From contig CM059432.1 of NCBI GenBank assembly GCA_030390025.1, positions 122,328,001 to 122,392,000 on the forward strand: a DNA stretch of 64,000 nucleotides. Direction: 5' to 3'. The notes beneath the pieces were generated by a model. The model saw nothing but the letters and a program-made list of their open reading frames with translations. It made no database searches and was not told the origin of the DNA. Shown here one piece after another: positions 25,063 through 36,799 of this stretch. The stretch is from Squalus acanthias. Lineage: Eukaryota. How positions within the stretch are numbered: position 1 is the stretch's first letter; each line of letters begins with the position of its first letter. The position numbers and the translations under genes were made by a program.

Positions 25063-26178
25063 TTCATTTGTAGCATTTGTAGTTGATTTAAAAGAAAAAT
25101 AGCCAGGAGTTTTTGTTATGTGGTACATGTAATGCTGGGAAAGGTGGGACCATAGTTCTGTTGTATTTGAGAGGGGAATACATACATTTTTTTGAGGGGA
25201 AAGCAGTGTAATGTATTGTCACATGGTTTATTATGAGCATGCTCAGTTTGCTCCGGCCTAGTAAAGCAAGCACATTGACTAGCAATTCATCGTGTCTCTG
25301 TTCTTCATTTGTTCTACCCGCATATATAACACAGTTAGCATCATTAACTAAGTAAATCTCTTCTGTGTTTTAATATTACTGGATCCCAGTTCTCAATTTT
25401 AGAGCTCAGTATTACAGATCATATATAACTGTTGGGGTACGCATTAAAGTGCACACTGCATTATAACACTCAGAATGCTTTGCTCCAATTTACTATTATT
25501 AACTGAACTACTCACTGGGTGGAATGCTTTAGTTCATTTAGGTGTAACCTTTTGCTGTCTTTGGTGCTGTAAGGAAATTCCTTAGGTTGTTGTGACTCAC
25601 TGCCGGCATTCTCTTCACTTTATTTTTTGTGTTTCACGGTTACTGCAGTTGTTCCTTTGAAACCTGTCCATTTTGCGTTTGTATTTTTCAATGTGATGTG
25701 GTATGACCAAGCATCAAGAGGTTGCAGGCCAGAGGAATGCTGATGGAATTAATGCCATGCTGCAATGGACACCCTTATCAAATGGTATCTGTGAGGGCTG
25801 CGTGCTGATGTGAAGGAACAAGCCATATAACCTATTCAGAAAAATACACTGTCTCATGAAAGAATTCTGGCCTTATTAAAACATGACAAACTGGGTTTGG
25901 AAATTTAGAAACCTAACTATGAAATAGCTATGAAAGCATTCTGGCTATTGAGATAAGATAGTTGTTGACACTGAATCAGAAGGTTAAAGGTTAAAGGCTC
26001 CCGACAGGCTGACCTTTGGGAACGAAACAATGGTTCACCCCGGATAAGATGTTCTAATTTACACTTCGTAAAGAAGCACAAACATCTGCCTTCGTAAAAA
26101 TAACATCAAGTAAAAAACACACCTGCTCCACACCGTTTTTTATGGTAAACTTAGAACACTAGAGAGGAGATATAATTC

Positions 26179-26719
26179 TGTAATGCTCCCAGCTGAGGTG
26201 ACTGTAAGAATTGCAGAAGTCAGCAGAAAAATGACTAGAGATAATTAGCTTACATCAGCAGAAAACCTTAAAGAAAATACCACTGGAAAAGGGTATAAAT
26301 ATTGAACTCTCAGATGGGATAACAGACTCGCTTTAATCGGGCAAAGCTATTCTCGGCTTCAGAGGCGGCTCTGTAAGTCTCCAACTCTTTGTACCTCGGG
26401 GATCAAAGGTATTTGATTTTGGTGGATATCCTGAATAGAACTTTAAGAACTGTAAAACTGTAGCAAAGTTAAGATTTGAAAGTAAGGTTCTCTGGTAATA
26501 GGATTGTAAGTTTTCTCTTTTTGGAACTGTTAATGTTGCGATTGACTCACCAAATGTAAACTGCATGTCGGTTCTTTAATAAATCTATATATTTTTAGAA
26601 TTGTCTCACATAAGACTTCTGTATCAAACTCGCAAACTCAATCTCTGTACACTCTTTGGTGAGGAGTTGCAGAATTCTGGGGGAGTTTTCTGGACCCTCA
26701 TAATATCCGGAACGTTACA
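26179..26719 (+). mobile_element. Probable solo LTR (third LTR family)
   Basis: Inverted termini TGTAATGCTCC / GGAACGTTACA, TATAAA near 26294, AATAAA near 26578. TSD not clear. Confidence 0.6.
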
Positions 26720-29700
26720 GTCTAGTTAAACTTATTAAAAGTGCTATCTGGAGGACGGTAACATTTTCAGGTTGTTCCTTTCCTTTAGGGAGTAGGGAGA
26801 GATGGTCCAGACCTTTAGACCCAATTAAGCGTCTTTAGGATTTGGCTACCTCAAACTTTAGTTGAAAGTGAACGTCTGAGGAATATGCCTGATCCAGGGT
26901 AGGCCTAAAGGGGCTAGGACTAGTAATTATCCCTTCACTGAAATGGTCAATGCAGTCTCTGCTGTTCGGAGGTTTTCCTCCCAGACAAGGCAAAATTCAA
27001 TACCTTGACGAAGGTTGTCAAGGTAAATGTCTGCCAGCGTTATCCCTTTACAATCTTCTAGTATGGCACAAGCACGCACTTTCACCTCAACGTATACGCC
27101 GAAAAAAAGTCAACGCAGAGCTTTAAACAAACCATGAAGTACCTACACCTAGCTGTGGATCTGCAGCTTTGTTCTGTGCACCCATTTATCGGGACGCACG
27201 GATGGCATCATGCCAATAGTGCTCAAGCACACAAAATATGGGGCGTGGAGGCCCCTGCGCTGTATACATAATATTAAGAGGCTGTAATGATGCTCACTCC
27301 CAGGATCAGTGTTAGTCCCCTGTTGCCGGGCAGACAATCCTGAGCAGTGCCCTCTGCTGAAGCACAACGCTGTCCTGGTCATGATTTTCTTTGAAATCAT
27401 GAGTTTTGAGCACGGCTGGAGGGTGCAGCAACAAAGAAAAGAATGGTGAGATTAAAACTGATCAGAATAGAGCTGAACTTTTTCAAATTTAGCAGAAACC
27501 CTATTCACCAGCATCAATTAAGTTTTGCGAAGTCTCAGATCCAGTTGAGACTGCCCCTTGATATAGGGGGCCTGCTTAACATGCAAAAGTCATGGCCTGA
27601 TAATGTATCGGTGTCATGATATAATGTTAACGTCAAGTCTGGAGGAGCCGGCACTGTCTGCAGCCCGGCAGCAAAAATCCACGGTGGGAGGAGCCGATTG
27701 GCCAGAAGAGGCCGAGGTATGCGTAAGAAATATCCTTCTTTTTGAACTCTTTGTGGGCCACGAGGACCATGCCCCTCAAGTAGTCTTTAGGCCTCCCGAG
27801 TCCCGGCTTCGCCCGACCTCGAAGGAACCGCCTCCTGATCACCGATCTCGAAAGAACACCCCACCCCGATCTCAAAGGAACCCCCGATCCCTGATCTCAA
27901 AGGAATCCTCCAGATCCCCAATCTCAGAGGCACCTTCCCCAGATCTCAAAGAAACCCCCGATCCCTGATCTTGAAGGAACCCGCCCCAGATCGCGCCGAT
28001 CCACCATCGCCCTGGAACCCGTCAGCCTACTGACTGCCTGGAACTGTTCCCACGGGTGCCTGGCTGCAGCCTCATGCCACCAGTTTCTGGCTTCTGCCTA
28101 CTGGCCAGGTAGTGGATCTGACCAAGCATCGGGAGGGACACCGGGAACCATAATTTAAATGAGGTCCCGTCGTTAAGGTGGACAGGGCCTCCATATCCCC
28201 ACACTCTGCTGGTGCACCACCCCCTACTGGGCTCCCGCTGTAAAAATCGAGGCCTCTGTGAACACTGAGTGACGCAATCATCATGATCACTGCACCATCC
28301 TATTTTTATTAAGGAAGTCTATAGGTCTTGGTACAGTCTACTCCATTTAAGTGTTGGCCCAAATATGTGCCCTTCCAGTGCAGCATTTTTCAAAAATCAA
28401 AACATTGCCCCATTTATTTCCATCGACATTCTTTTATCTGAATAATAGTCAAATTTTCATTTTAGACTATAGTTTAGTCAGCCAAGCATACAATGCACAC
28501 ATAAGCAACAGATTAATGACCTCCATTTGCACTGTTGAATCTTACTAATCCCTTAACTGTTCACGAATCAGGTTAGTTCAGCACTTCATTAATCATTAAC
28601 TCCTGGAATCTAGTCATTCCACATTCTATCAATGTTAAAACAAGTTTAAAATAGCAGCTTTCTTTTTTATTGAATTCTCAAATGTATGCATTATATATAT
28701 TTTATGAAAGGTGCGCATTCACATATACATTTTGTGAAAGTGTGTATTCACACATATTATACAAAAGGAGTACATTCGCACACACACATATATATATTAT
28801 GAAGCCTTTGTACACTTTGTTTGCATGGTGCTTGCATTGAGGATTGCATTGATATATCCAAGTTTTGTCGCCACGACCATGTTTGCGCTGGGAGCAATGT
28901 GGGTCAAGGGATTCAGGCAGCTTGTTTGGTCTTGGAGATCATTTAGGTCTCAAAGTGGGGAGAAGGGAGGAAGGCATTGCGTAAAAGTGGGGTTGTGCCC
29001 TTCAACAGCTTTCTATTGAAAACGTTTTTTGCCTAAATGATGGTATTGTTTAAAAGTGGGTTTATAATTTCGCGACACCTAGCACAGAAGGAAATCCCTC
29101 CACCTCATATATTATTATTTTTGGAAGACTGCTGTGGGCTTAACATGACTGCATTGAATAAGGTCTAAATTTCTAAATCACTCAATAGAAATTTTATAAA
29201 TCTTGGACGAAGAAATGTTCATTTAATTTTTTTTTGTCCCAAGATACACGCTGCTGCAAATGGATCTAAAAATGTGAGGCACAAAGTCTAAACTTGTTGT
29301 TGCTAAGATAACGACGTGTGTTTGTTGGAACTCTTTAATGGGGCCTCATTCCTTTGTCACACTAAGAAGAATATGTCATGTCTAAATGGTATTACTTGTC
29401 ACTTTGACATATTAGTCCCTGACATGTGGAGTTTCAGTCTGTCAGTGCCGCTGTTTTTGACTGTAACTTGTTCTGTAAGTCATGTGTTATTAATGGTTGC
29501 GGAAATCTGAGACGAGAATCTCTTGTTGTCTTATCTTGAGCTCATGGCCGATGATACAATGAAATGCTTCTTTTAATGATTTTATTTTTTGCTATTGTTA
29601 AATAAAGTTGGCTTAGCTTATGATGTCAGGAAGCAAGATTAATATCAGCAGAAAATATTTTTAATAAAGGCTGTCATTTTATAATTTATTCAATGTTGTA

Positions 29701-29989
29701 TTATTATGAATTATTCAAAACTGAAACATATGTTTTTCGTTGCAGCCGGAATAGACATTTCATCCTCATCGGTATTACAAATATGTGAACACCTATAGAT
29801 GTAAAACCACCTATACACAAGTATGCATCTACACTTGCATGGTAGATGACTACAGATGATTAGTAAGCAGTGATAAAAATGTGGATTGTGTTCCATAATT
29901 CAATTATATTTTTATGTATATCATTTTACTCTTACATCAACTTAAGATGGTGGTCAAGCACTTCCTCAGTAAGGCCGCTAGAGTCAATG

Positions 29990-30157
29990 GGGACAACTTT
30001 GAATTTGGGTGCTAGTGTAAAATGGGCGCTATCGATTCAGCCGCCTGTTGTACCTCTCTCCCGATTTTCATTCCCATTGACTTCAATAGGAATTAAAATT
30101 GGCAGCTGAATCGATATTGTTCATTTTACACTATCGTCCAATTTCAAAATTACCCCC
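29990..30157. repeat. Fold-back MITE
   Basis: TAGTGTAAAATGGGCGCTATCGATTCAGC pairs with GCTGAATCGATATTGTTCATTTTACACTA. Partial related copy at about 712-810. Confidence 0.6.
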
Positions 30158-31170
30158 AGTGGGCCCAATTTTTATGTGTGCACTCCAGTGTACTGTGAGT
30201 CTAATGTCACACTATTAGTGTGCACCAACTGTTTGTGTGCTGACCTTGCATATATTTCTGGGGTGGTCCGAATTAGCATTTTGTGGGCACAATCCCAGCA
30301 CGAATAATGTCTTTGATCAGGAACTGGCCCAATAGTGGGCAGGGAAACATAGGAGCAGAAGGAGGCCATTCAGCCCCTCGAGCCTGTTGTGCCATTCATT
30401 CAAATCATGGCTGATCTATACCTTAACTCTTTCATTAGGGTCACTGATTTGCGGTATGGCAGCACTGTGTGGGCGGAGAGGATGTCGCTGCTGGCAGAAA
30501 CAGGAGCCTACCTTGCAAAATTCCCTTGCACCATTGTTGAGAAGAGCAGTACTGATTTTCATTGGAACACAACTGCTCCACTTCCCTTTTCAGCAAACAG
30601 CAATTCAACCCAGTCCTCACCGCAAAATGAAAATACATTTGGGTTCAGCAGAGTTCAAGCCACCAGTGTGCATGCAGCCTGACTTATGCTGGGGCAATCG
30701 GAGGATTGGAAAAATTGGCTTCCACAATATTTCATTCATTTTTTTTTTGTTTATCTGTAATTTTTAGTATTTTGTCAGTCTTTCTAAATTTCAATTTCAA
30801 AATCACAATTTCTAAATTTGCGGATGACACCAAATTGGGGGGGATCGTCAACACTGAAGAGGACTGCAGCATGTTCCAGGAGGACATTAATAAACTTGCA
30901 GAATGGGCATATAATTGGCAAATGAAATTCAACACAGATAAATGTGAGGTATTACATTTGGGTAAGAAAAATAGGGAGGTCACTTATCTCTTGGAGGGTG
31001 CGAGTCTAGGTGGGGTAGAGGAACAAAGGGATCTCGGAGTATAAATACACAAATTACTAAAAGTTGCGACACAGGTTAGCAAGCCCATAAAAAAAGCAAA
31101 CCAAGCCCTAGTGTTTATTTCTAAAGGGAAGGAATTTAAAAGTAGGGAAGTTATGCTAAACTTTTATCGA

Positions 31171-31847
31171 TGATGCGGAGATGCCGGTGTTGGACTGGGG
31201 TGGACAAAAGTGAGAAGTCGCACAACACCAGGTTATAGTCCAACAGTTTTATTTGAAATCACAAGCTTTCGGAGCGCTGCTCCTTCGTCAGGTGAAGTGA
31301 AGAAATACATATGGGCACAGCATATATAGTCAGAGAACAATGCCAGACGACTACAGTTAATCTTTCTAATTGCCCTTTATCACACCTCGGCAGAGAGACA
31401 ATCACGGCAATCAAAGGTGTGGATGGTATCCAACCAGGTCAGTCAGGAAAACATTACATCAAAGACGATAGCAAAATACAACAAAGACAATGAGGTGGGG
31501 TCACAAGGGGTCAAATGTGGCAGATGCTGGGGTCTGTATGGAAAACAAACACATTTTTTTACTTTTTTTGCTGGAAATCACAGCAGGTCCAGACGCATCT
31601 GTGTAGAGAGAACAAGCCAGCGACGACTCGAGTCTGGATGACTCTACATCAGGTGGGGTTACATGTAGCGTGACATGAACCCAAGATCCCGGTTGAGGCC
31701 GTCCTCATGGGTGCGGAACTTGGCTATCAGTTTCTGCTCGATGATTTTGCGTTGTCGTATGTCTCGAAGGCCGCCTTGGAGAACGCTTACCCGAAGATCG
31801 GAGGCTGAATGTCCTTGACTGCTGAAGTGTTCCCCGACTGGGAGGTA
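31171..31847 (-). mobile_element. Penelope-like element 3' part (GIY-YIG C-terminus and pLTR)
   Basis: ORF 31659-31859(-) LPVGEHFSSQGHSASDLRVSVLQGG...EQKLIAKFRTHEDGLNRD is a typical Penelope endonuclease tail. Carries hammerhead motifs. Confidence 0.85.
31259..31296 (-). ncRNA. Minimal type I hammerhead ribozyme
   Basis: Minus strand TTCAC-CTGACGA-A-GGAGC-AGC-GCTCC-GAAA-GCTT-GTGA: CUGANGA and GAAA cores, 5-bp stem II, TCAC/GTGA stem I, palindromic AAGCTT stem III. Confidence 0.75.
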
Positions 31848-32273
31848 GAATGTTTCCACTTGTGGGGAAGAGCATAACTAGATGCCATCAATATAAGATA
31901 GTCACCAAGAAATCCAATAGGGAATTCAACAGAAACTTCTTTACCCAAAGCGTGGTGAGAATGTGGAACTCGCTACCACAGGGAGTGGTTGAAGTGAATA
32001 GTATAGATGCATTTAAAGGGAGGCTAGACAAGCATATGAGGGAGAAGGGGATAGAGGGTTATGCTGACAGATTTAGATGAGGAAAGACGGGAGGAGGCTG
32101 GTGTGGAGCATAAACACCGGCATGGACTGGTTGGGCCGAATGGCCTGTTTCTGTGCCGTATATCCTATGTATGTAATCCTATGTATTTTGCACATAAACA
32201 CTTCAAAATGTTGTGGTCCACGAGATAGGCCCAAAAACCAGAAAGCATAATCTTAATGTATGTTTATATTAAA

Positions 32274-33278
32274 GGGGTGATTTTCCCGGGATAATTTAGG
32301 CGCTAAAGAGCCTCCGAGGTGGCCAAGGTGGGGTAAAGGGGTAAAGAAGTTGAAGCACGTGCTAGGAACAGCCACCCGGAGGATCGTTAAGGGGTTGATT
32401 GTCATTTAAATTACCTGCTAGTGCTCATTAAGGAGGCCGCACGACATTTTGGTGGATAGTACTTGAACTAACGGTGTCTCCTAATGTCAACCAGCAGAAC
32501 AGGAGTAAACAAGTCGTTGCTGAGGATTTCGAGTGCTACTTAAAGGCATACACACCTTTCACTGTCCACTTGCTGCTGGAGGTTTGAAGAGGACGTCTGA
32601 AACACATCGGGAGACTTTCTGGGACACTTTGTCAAGAATTCACCAACACTCAAGCAACAGTTATTCGGGAAAATCTCTGAGGACTTAAATTAAAAAGAGT
32701 AAGTGCTGTGCTACTCCAACGTATTGGACACCTTATAGGAGTCACCAGGAGAAAGGGAGTGTTTGGTCATGGTCCTCTTGCTAGAGGTCCCCCTTGGTCT
32801 GGACGAGGAATGGGAGGAAGACATGAGGCCAGGCAGAGCAGCACCAGCTGCTGCAGGAGAGAGGGACAGGAGGGACAGGAGGGCAAGATGGCGTCCTTCC
32901 CCCTCCTGTGGGTACAGGACATCCCTCCTCCTCTGGACCTCCTCTACCAGGACCTCCAGTGTCACGTCCGAGAACCTGTGAGCCCTCTCCCCCGGTCCCT
33001 AAGCCATCCTGAAACGTGCCGTTGTGTGTCAGCCAGCGCACTCCACACCTTCCGTGGAAGTGGGTGCGAGGAACCCACATATACTGCTCCACGAAAATTG
33101 CTTCTAAACTGCGTTTGAGTGCTAAACCTGCAGGTGTCTGTTTTAGCGCCGCCAGGCACGTTCAAATTATGGTAATCAGCAATTAGGACCAAAGTTGCGT
33201 GCTGAACTTCCAACAGACATGTTTTATTAGTACAACACTCACTTAGTGCCTGTTTTCACCCTTTCATCAAAATAACCC
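32274..33278. mobile_element. Internally deleted Harbinger element
   Basis: Termini GGGGTGATTTT / AAAATAACCC. Minus-strand Myb fragment TLEVLVEEVQRRRDVLYPQ at about 32890-32965. Confidence 0.6.
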
Positions 33279-33762
33279 TGCTACTCTTTAACTAAAATCT
33301 CACAATTCTACCATTAGAAAATATATGGACAACTTTCATTCCCCCTGCAAGAGAATTATGGGACACAATAATTATGCTAATAAGCTATACACCGGCTCCA
33401 TGAGTGAAGTAAGAGTTGGATTGCAGTGCTGACTGTGTTTGAATCTGTACATAGCATAGCACATTTAATAATCTTCTTACTGTGGTAAACATGGAAGATT
33501 TACTGTCAAGGGGTAGATTTGCTTATGGATTACATTTAGTATTTTCTACACTTTGGTTATTATCTATGACTGGGCTAACCCACATTATTGATTGAAAATG
33601 AACAATAGCTATGAATTATAACATTCGGAATTACTTTTTTTGTGTTTGGAAGTTAGTATGAGGTGTTAAGCAATATAGGGGTAGATTTTCCATTGCCTGC
33701 ACTCCACTGGCAGAAACCGTACACACCAGGCTTTGTGCCCAGCCGCACTGCCCCAATACATT

Positions 33763-34140
33763 CAACAACAACAACTTAATTTATATAGCGCCTTTAATGT
33801 AGTAAAATATCCCAAGGCGCTTTACAGGAGTGTTATCGGACAAAATTTGACACCGAGCCATATAAAGACACATTAGGACAGGGAGGTAGGTTTTAAGGAC
33901 TGTCTTAAAGGAGGAAAGAGAGGTAGAGAGACTGAGAGGTTTAGGGAGGGAATTCCTGAGCTTAGTGTCTAGGCAGCTGAAGGCACGGTCACCAATGGTG
34001 GAGTGAAGGAAGTCGGGGATTCCCCAAAGGCAGAATTGGAGGAGCACAGAGATCTTGGAGGGTTGTAGGGCTCAAGGAAGTTACAGAGATAGAGAAGGGC
34101 AAGGCCATGGAGGAGTTTGAACACACGGATGAAAATTTTA
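33763..34140 (-). mobile_element. L2 LINE 3' end
   Basis: KILIFKLLHGLA-like, GDRAFS, RNSLPKPL..SLSSFKTVLKTYL, tail GGCGCTATATAAAT and (GTT)n. Confidence 0.8.
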
Positions 34141-34667
34141 ATATCCCTTTCTGTCTCATTTGTCATTCGAGGCAAACTCCTGGCAAGAAATCCCCCAGTG
34201 GCTGGGAGCTCATATTGTCCCCCATTATACACCGCGCCTGTTATTCAACTGAATGTGGAACTGAATATCAGGCGGGTGTATAGTGGACGGCAAATGTGGT
34301 ACCGCTTATTTTGTGTCACCGCCCAAGTTGAAGCACATCGTTTCACTTTGGACAAATAAAGAGTGTCGGTGGTAGACTGTATAATCCACGTCTCGTATCA
34401 AGTGACATGGCCATCCGCCATTTCACGTAACATCTACCTATTCATTTAATGCTTGTAGAGAAATAACCATGGAGGAGCAAAGATCACAAGTGATGGGATG
34501 CTGCACACAACATCCTGCCAGATCAGTTACCTGAGTACTGCAATTTTCCATAAGGAGTCCTGGAGGCAGTAATAAATGCTGGGTTCTGAGCAGAACTAAA
34601 TGAGAACCAACATATTGCTGCAGCAGATTACTTGACCTAAACATGGATCATTTCAATCTAGGGGCAA

Positions 34668-34862
34668 GCGGTAAACCAATTGAATCATCTCAGGCTGATA
34701 ACGGTGATTCTGTAATCTTGTGCTCCTAGCAAAAAGTGGCACTCACAGAACTCACAGCCTACCATTTCTGAGTTATGATTCCTGTGAGCACCACTTCTCA
34801 CTGGGTCTGTGAGATCATAGAATCTTCCTGTGGTGAATGCTCAAATATGACCCAGTTTACAC
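34668..34862. repeat. Palindromic MITE-like element
   Basis: AAGTGGCACTCACAGAACTCA...TGAGTTATGATTCCTGTGAGCACCACTT imperfect inverted repeat, with GTAAAC/GTTTAC ends. Confidence 0.5.
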
Positions 34863-36799
34863 TATTTTGGATTAGGATGCCAATATCTCTTTAAAATTAG
34901 ACTTAAAACTGCATGAAACAGATGCCAGATATCATTTTTTGTTTGTCTTTTTTTTTGATCTGCCATCACTGCGTCCCTCTGTACAAGCACACTGTCATCT
35001 TCATTGATCCACCTTTAGCTTTTTGGCATCATGACAAGCAATTTCTTGCATCTATGGTGTTTTTCTAATTACATGGTGTTTCAAATTCCATACCTGTTGC
35101 TCAAGTTCATGAAATTCAATTGGTGAGCAGTGATCCAAACTTTCTTTCAAAGCAAAACTCAATTTTGCTACTTAAACATGGATCTCGTTGTTTTAATGGC
35201 ATATTTCTGGTCCGACAGAGTCCTGCCATTTCAGCTGCTCCCTCCCTTTCTGGGTCGCTCTGGTGTTATAGGTAATAGGGGCTCAGGTATGTACAAGAAC
35301 AGACTGATTTTAATAGCAGCAGATGTTCTGGGCTGGCCTGCATGCTGATTTGAAAGCGGCCAATCTTGGAAAAGCCAGCCTGACGCCCAAGGCCCCGTTA
35401 AATATCAATGCAGTTATCCTCAGTGCATCTCTATAAATGTGGTCAACAAAGCAGCAACTTAATATGGTATTAAAATGAGGAGGTAGAAGACTTAGGAGGA
35501 AGGGGCTTTGGTGGGGAAGAATTTGCACAGAAAGCTTTCCCTCTGCTTCCCTGCTCCTTGAAGTAAATTAATAATAATATTGAATTATTTTGTTTTAATC
35601 CTCTCTATTAGAACGTGTGCTGCTATAATATGAAATCCACATGCTTTCCTTTCAAGTAGTAAAACCATTTTGGATGACCTCTTCAGAACATGCCCTTTAA
35701 TATAAATCCTGAGCCATGATCATTAATAGAATAATCGATACTGATTTAATCATTGTCCAGTAAATAAAACATCTGTAGAATGTGTCCCTCATAAAACAGA
35801 GTTATAGAAAGACTCTGGCCGATTAACACAATGGGAGAACATATCAGGAACTTGAATGTTGATGTCAACGCACCCTAAATCTCTTTATTATCTTTGTCAA
35901 TCTCTGAACTGTCTTCAGAGCCACAGTGCACTTTTAAAGGTAGTGTGCCCAAAGTTCCACGCAAAGGCTAAATTCTCTGGTAGCCATGGCTGGGTGACAT
36001 TGAATCGGAACAGGCTCCAAACATCAGGCAGGATAGCCATCATGCTGGCCTATTCATTTTAATATGATCATTAATTAAAATAACATGCATATCAGCACAT
36101 GTGCTAATTCCCGGTCTTCTTGCCAGAAATGTTAATTTTGCCCATGTAAAATGGGCAATGAGGGGCAGCATATTCTGGATGGACAGAAAGTCACAATTTA
36201 AAAGAAAGAGAGAACTTGCAATTATACAGTGTCTTATCATGTCTGATGGGCCTCCAAAAGCAATTCAATGAATTACTTTTTGAAATGTAGTCACATTATG
36301 TGGGCAAATGGGCTAAAGTGGGACCATCCTTTTTTTTTTAATTCCAGCATATATGAAAATGGACTTTACCTCTGGATTTATAAGGGCTAAATTCTTCAGG
36401 AATAGATTTTGGGTCTTTATTGATAAAGGTTTCTTTTCAAGTGCAAGATTTTTCCTTGTTACCATTAAAATTCTGGAAATGGACATTCGAATGGTTATTT
36501 CTTTCTTTTTGTGTTAGATGGAGATGAAAGAAGGATTTTGAGGCAGATTCACTTACACCAGAGATGGACAGCCCTTACCCTATCAGCCGTATATACAGAC
36601 CCAGGCACACCAAGGAAAACTTCCTTCAAAAGTTACTCTCTAACTCCCAAAAGCACTCAAGCAAGATCCAAGTGACTGCAGTAATTCATAAGGTTTGCTA
36701 ATCCCACTTTACCCACAACTTAGCCAATGGGAAACTTGCAGCAGAATGAGAGGGCATTGGAATTTGCTCCCACTACAGGACTCTTTAAAGTATAGAGTA

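Larger units (their letters stand above)
17021..25331 (+). mobile_element. Decayed Ty3/Gypsy LTR retrotransposon with two nested insertions
   Basis: LTRs 17021-17168 and 25207-25331 (TGTA...ACA; about 14 differences over ~125 aligned bp by eye). PBS 17172-17189, purine tract before the 3' LTR, gag-protease-RT-RNase H order. No clear TSD. Confidence 0.92.
30795..32185 (+). mobile_element. 5'-truncated CR1 LINE interrupted by a Penelope element
   Basis: ISKFADDTKLGG, WQMKFNTDKC, RDLGV, then FFTQSVVRMWNSLP and the CR1 tail. About 200 bp of CR1 is missing at the Penelope junction. Confidence 0.85.

Noticed and set aside
30389..30682. 97-aa ORF in unique-looking sequence
   Set aside because: Starts within a CR1 tail remnant; no domain similarity or convincing splice sites.
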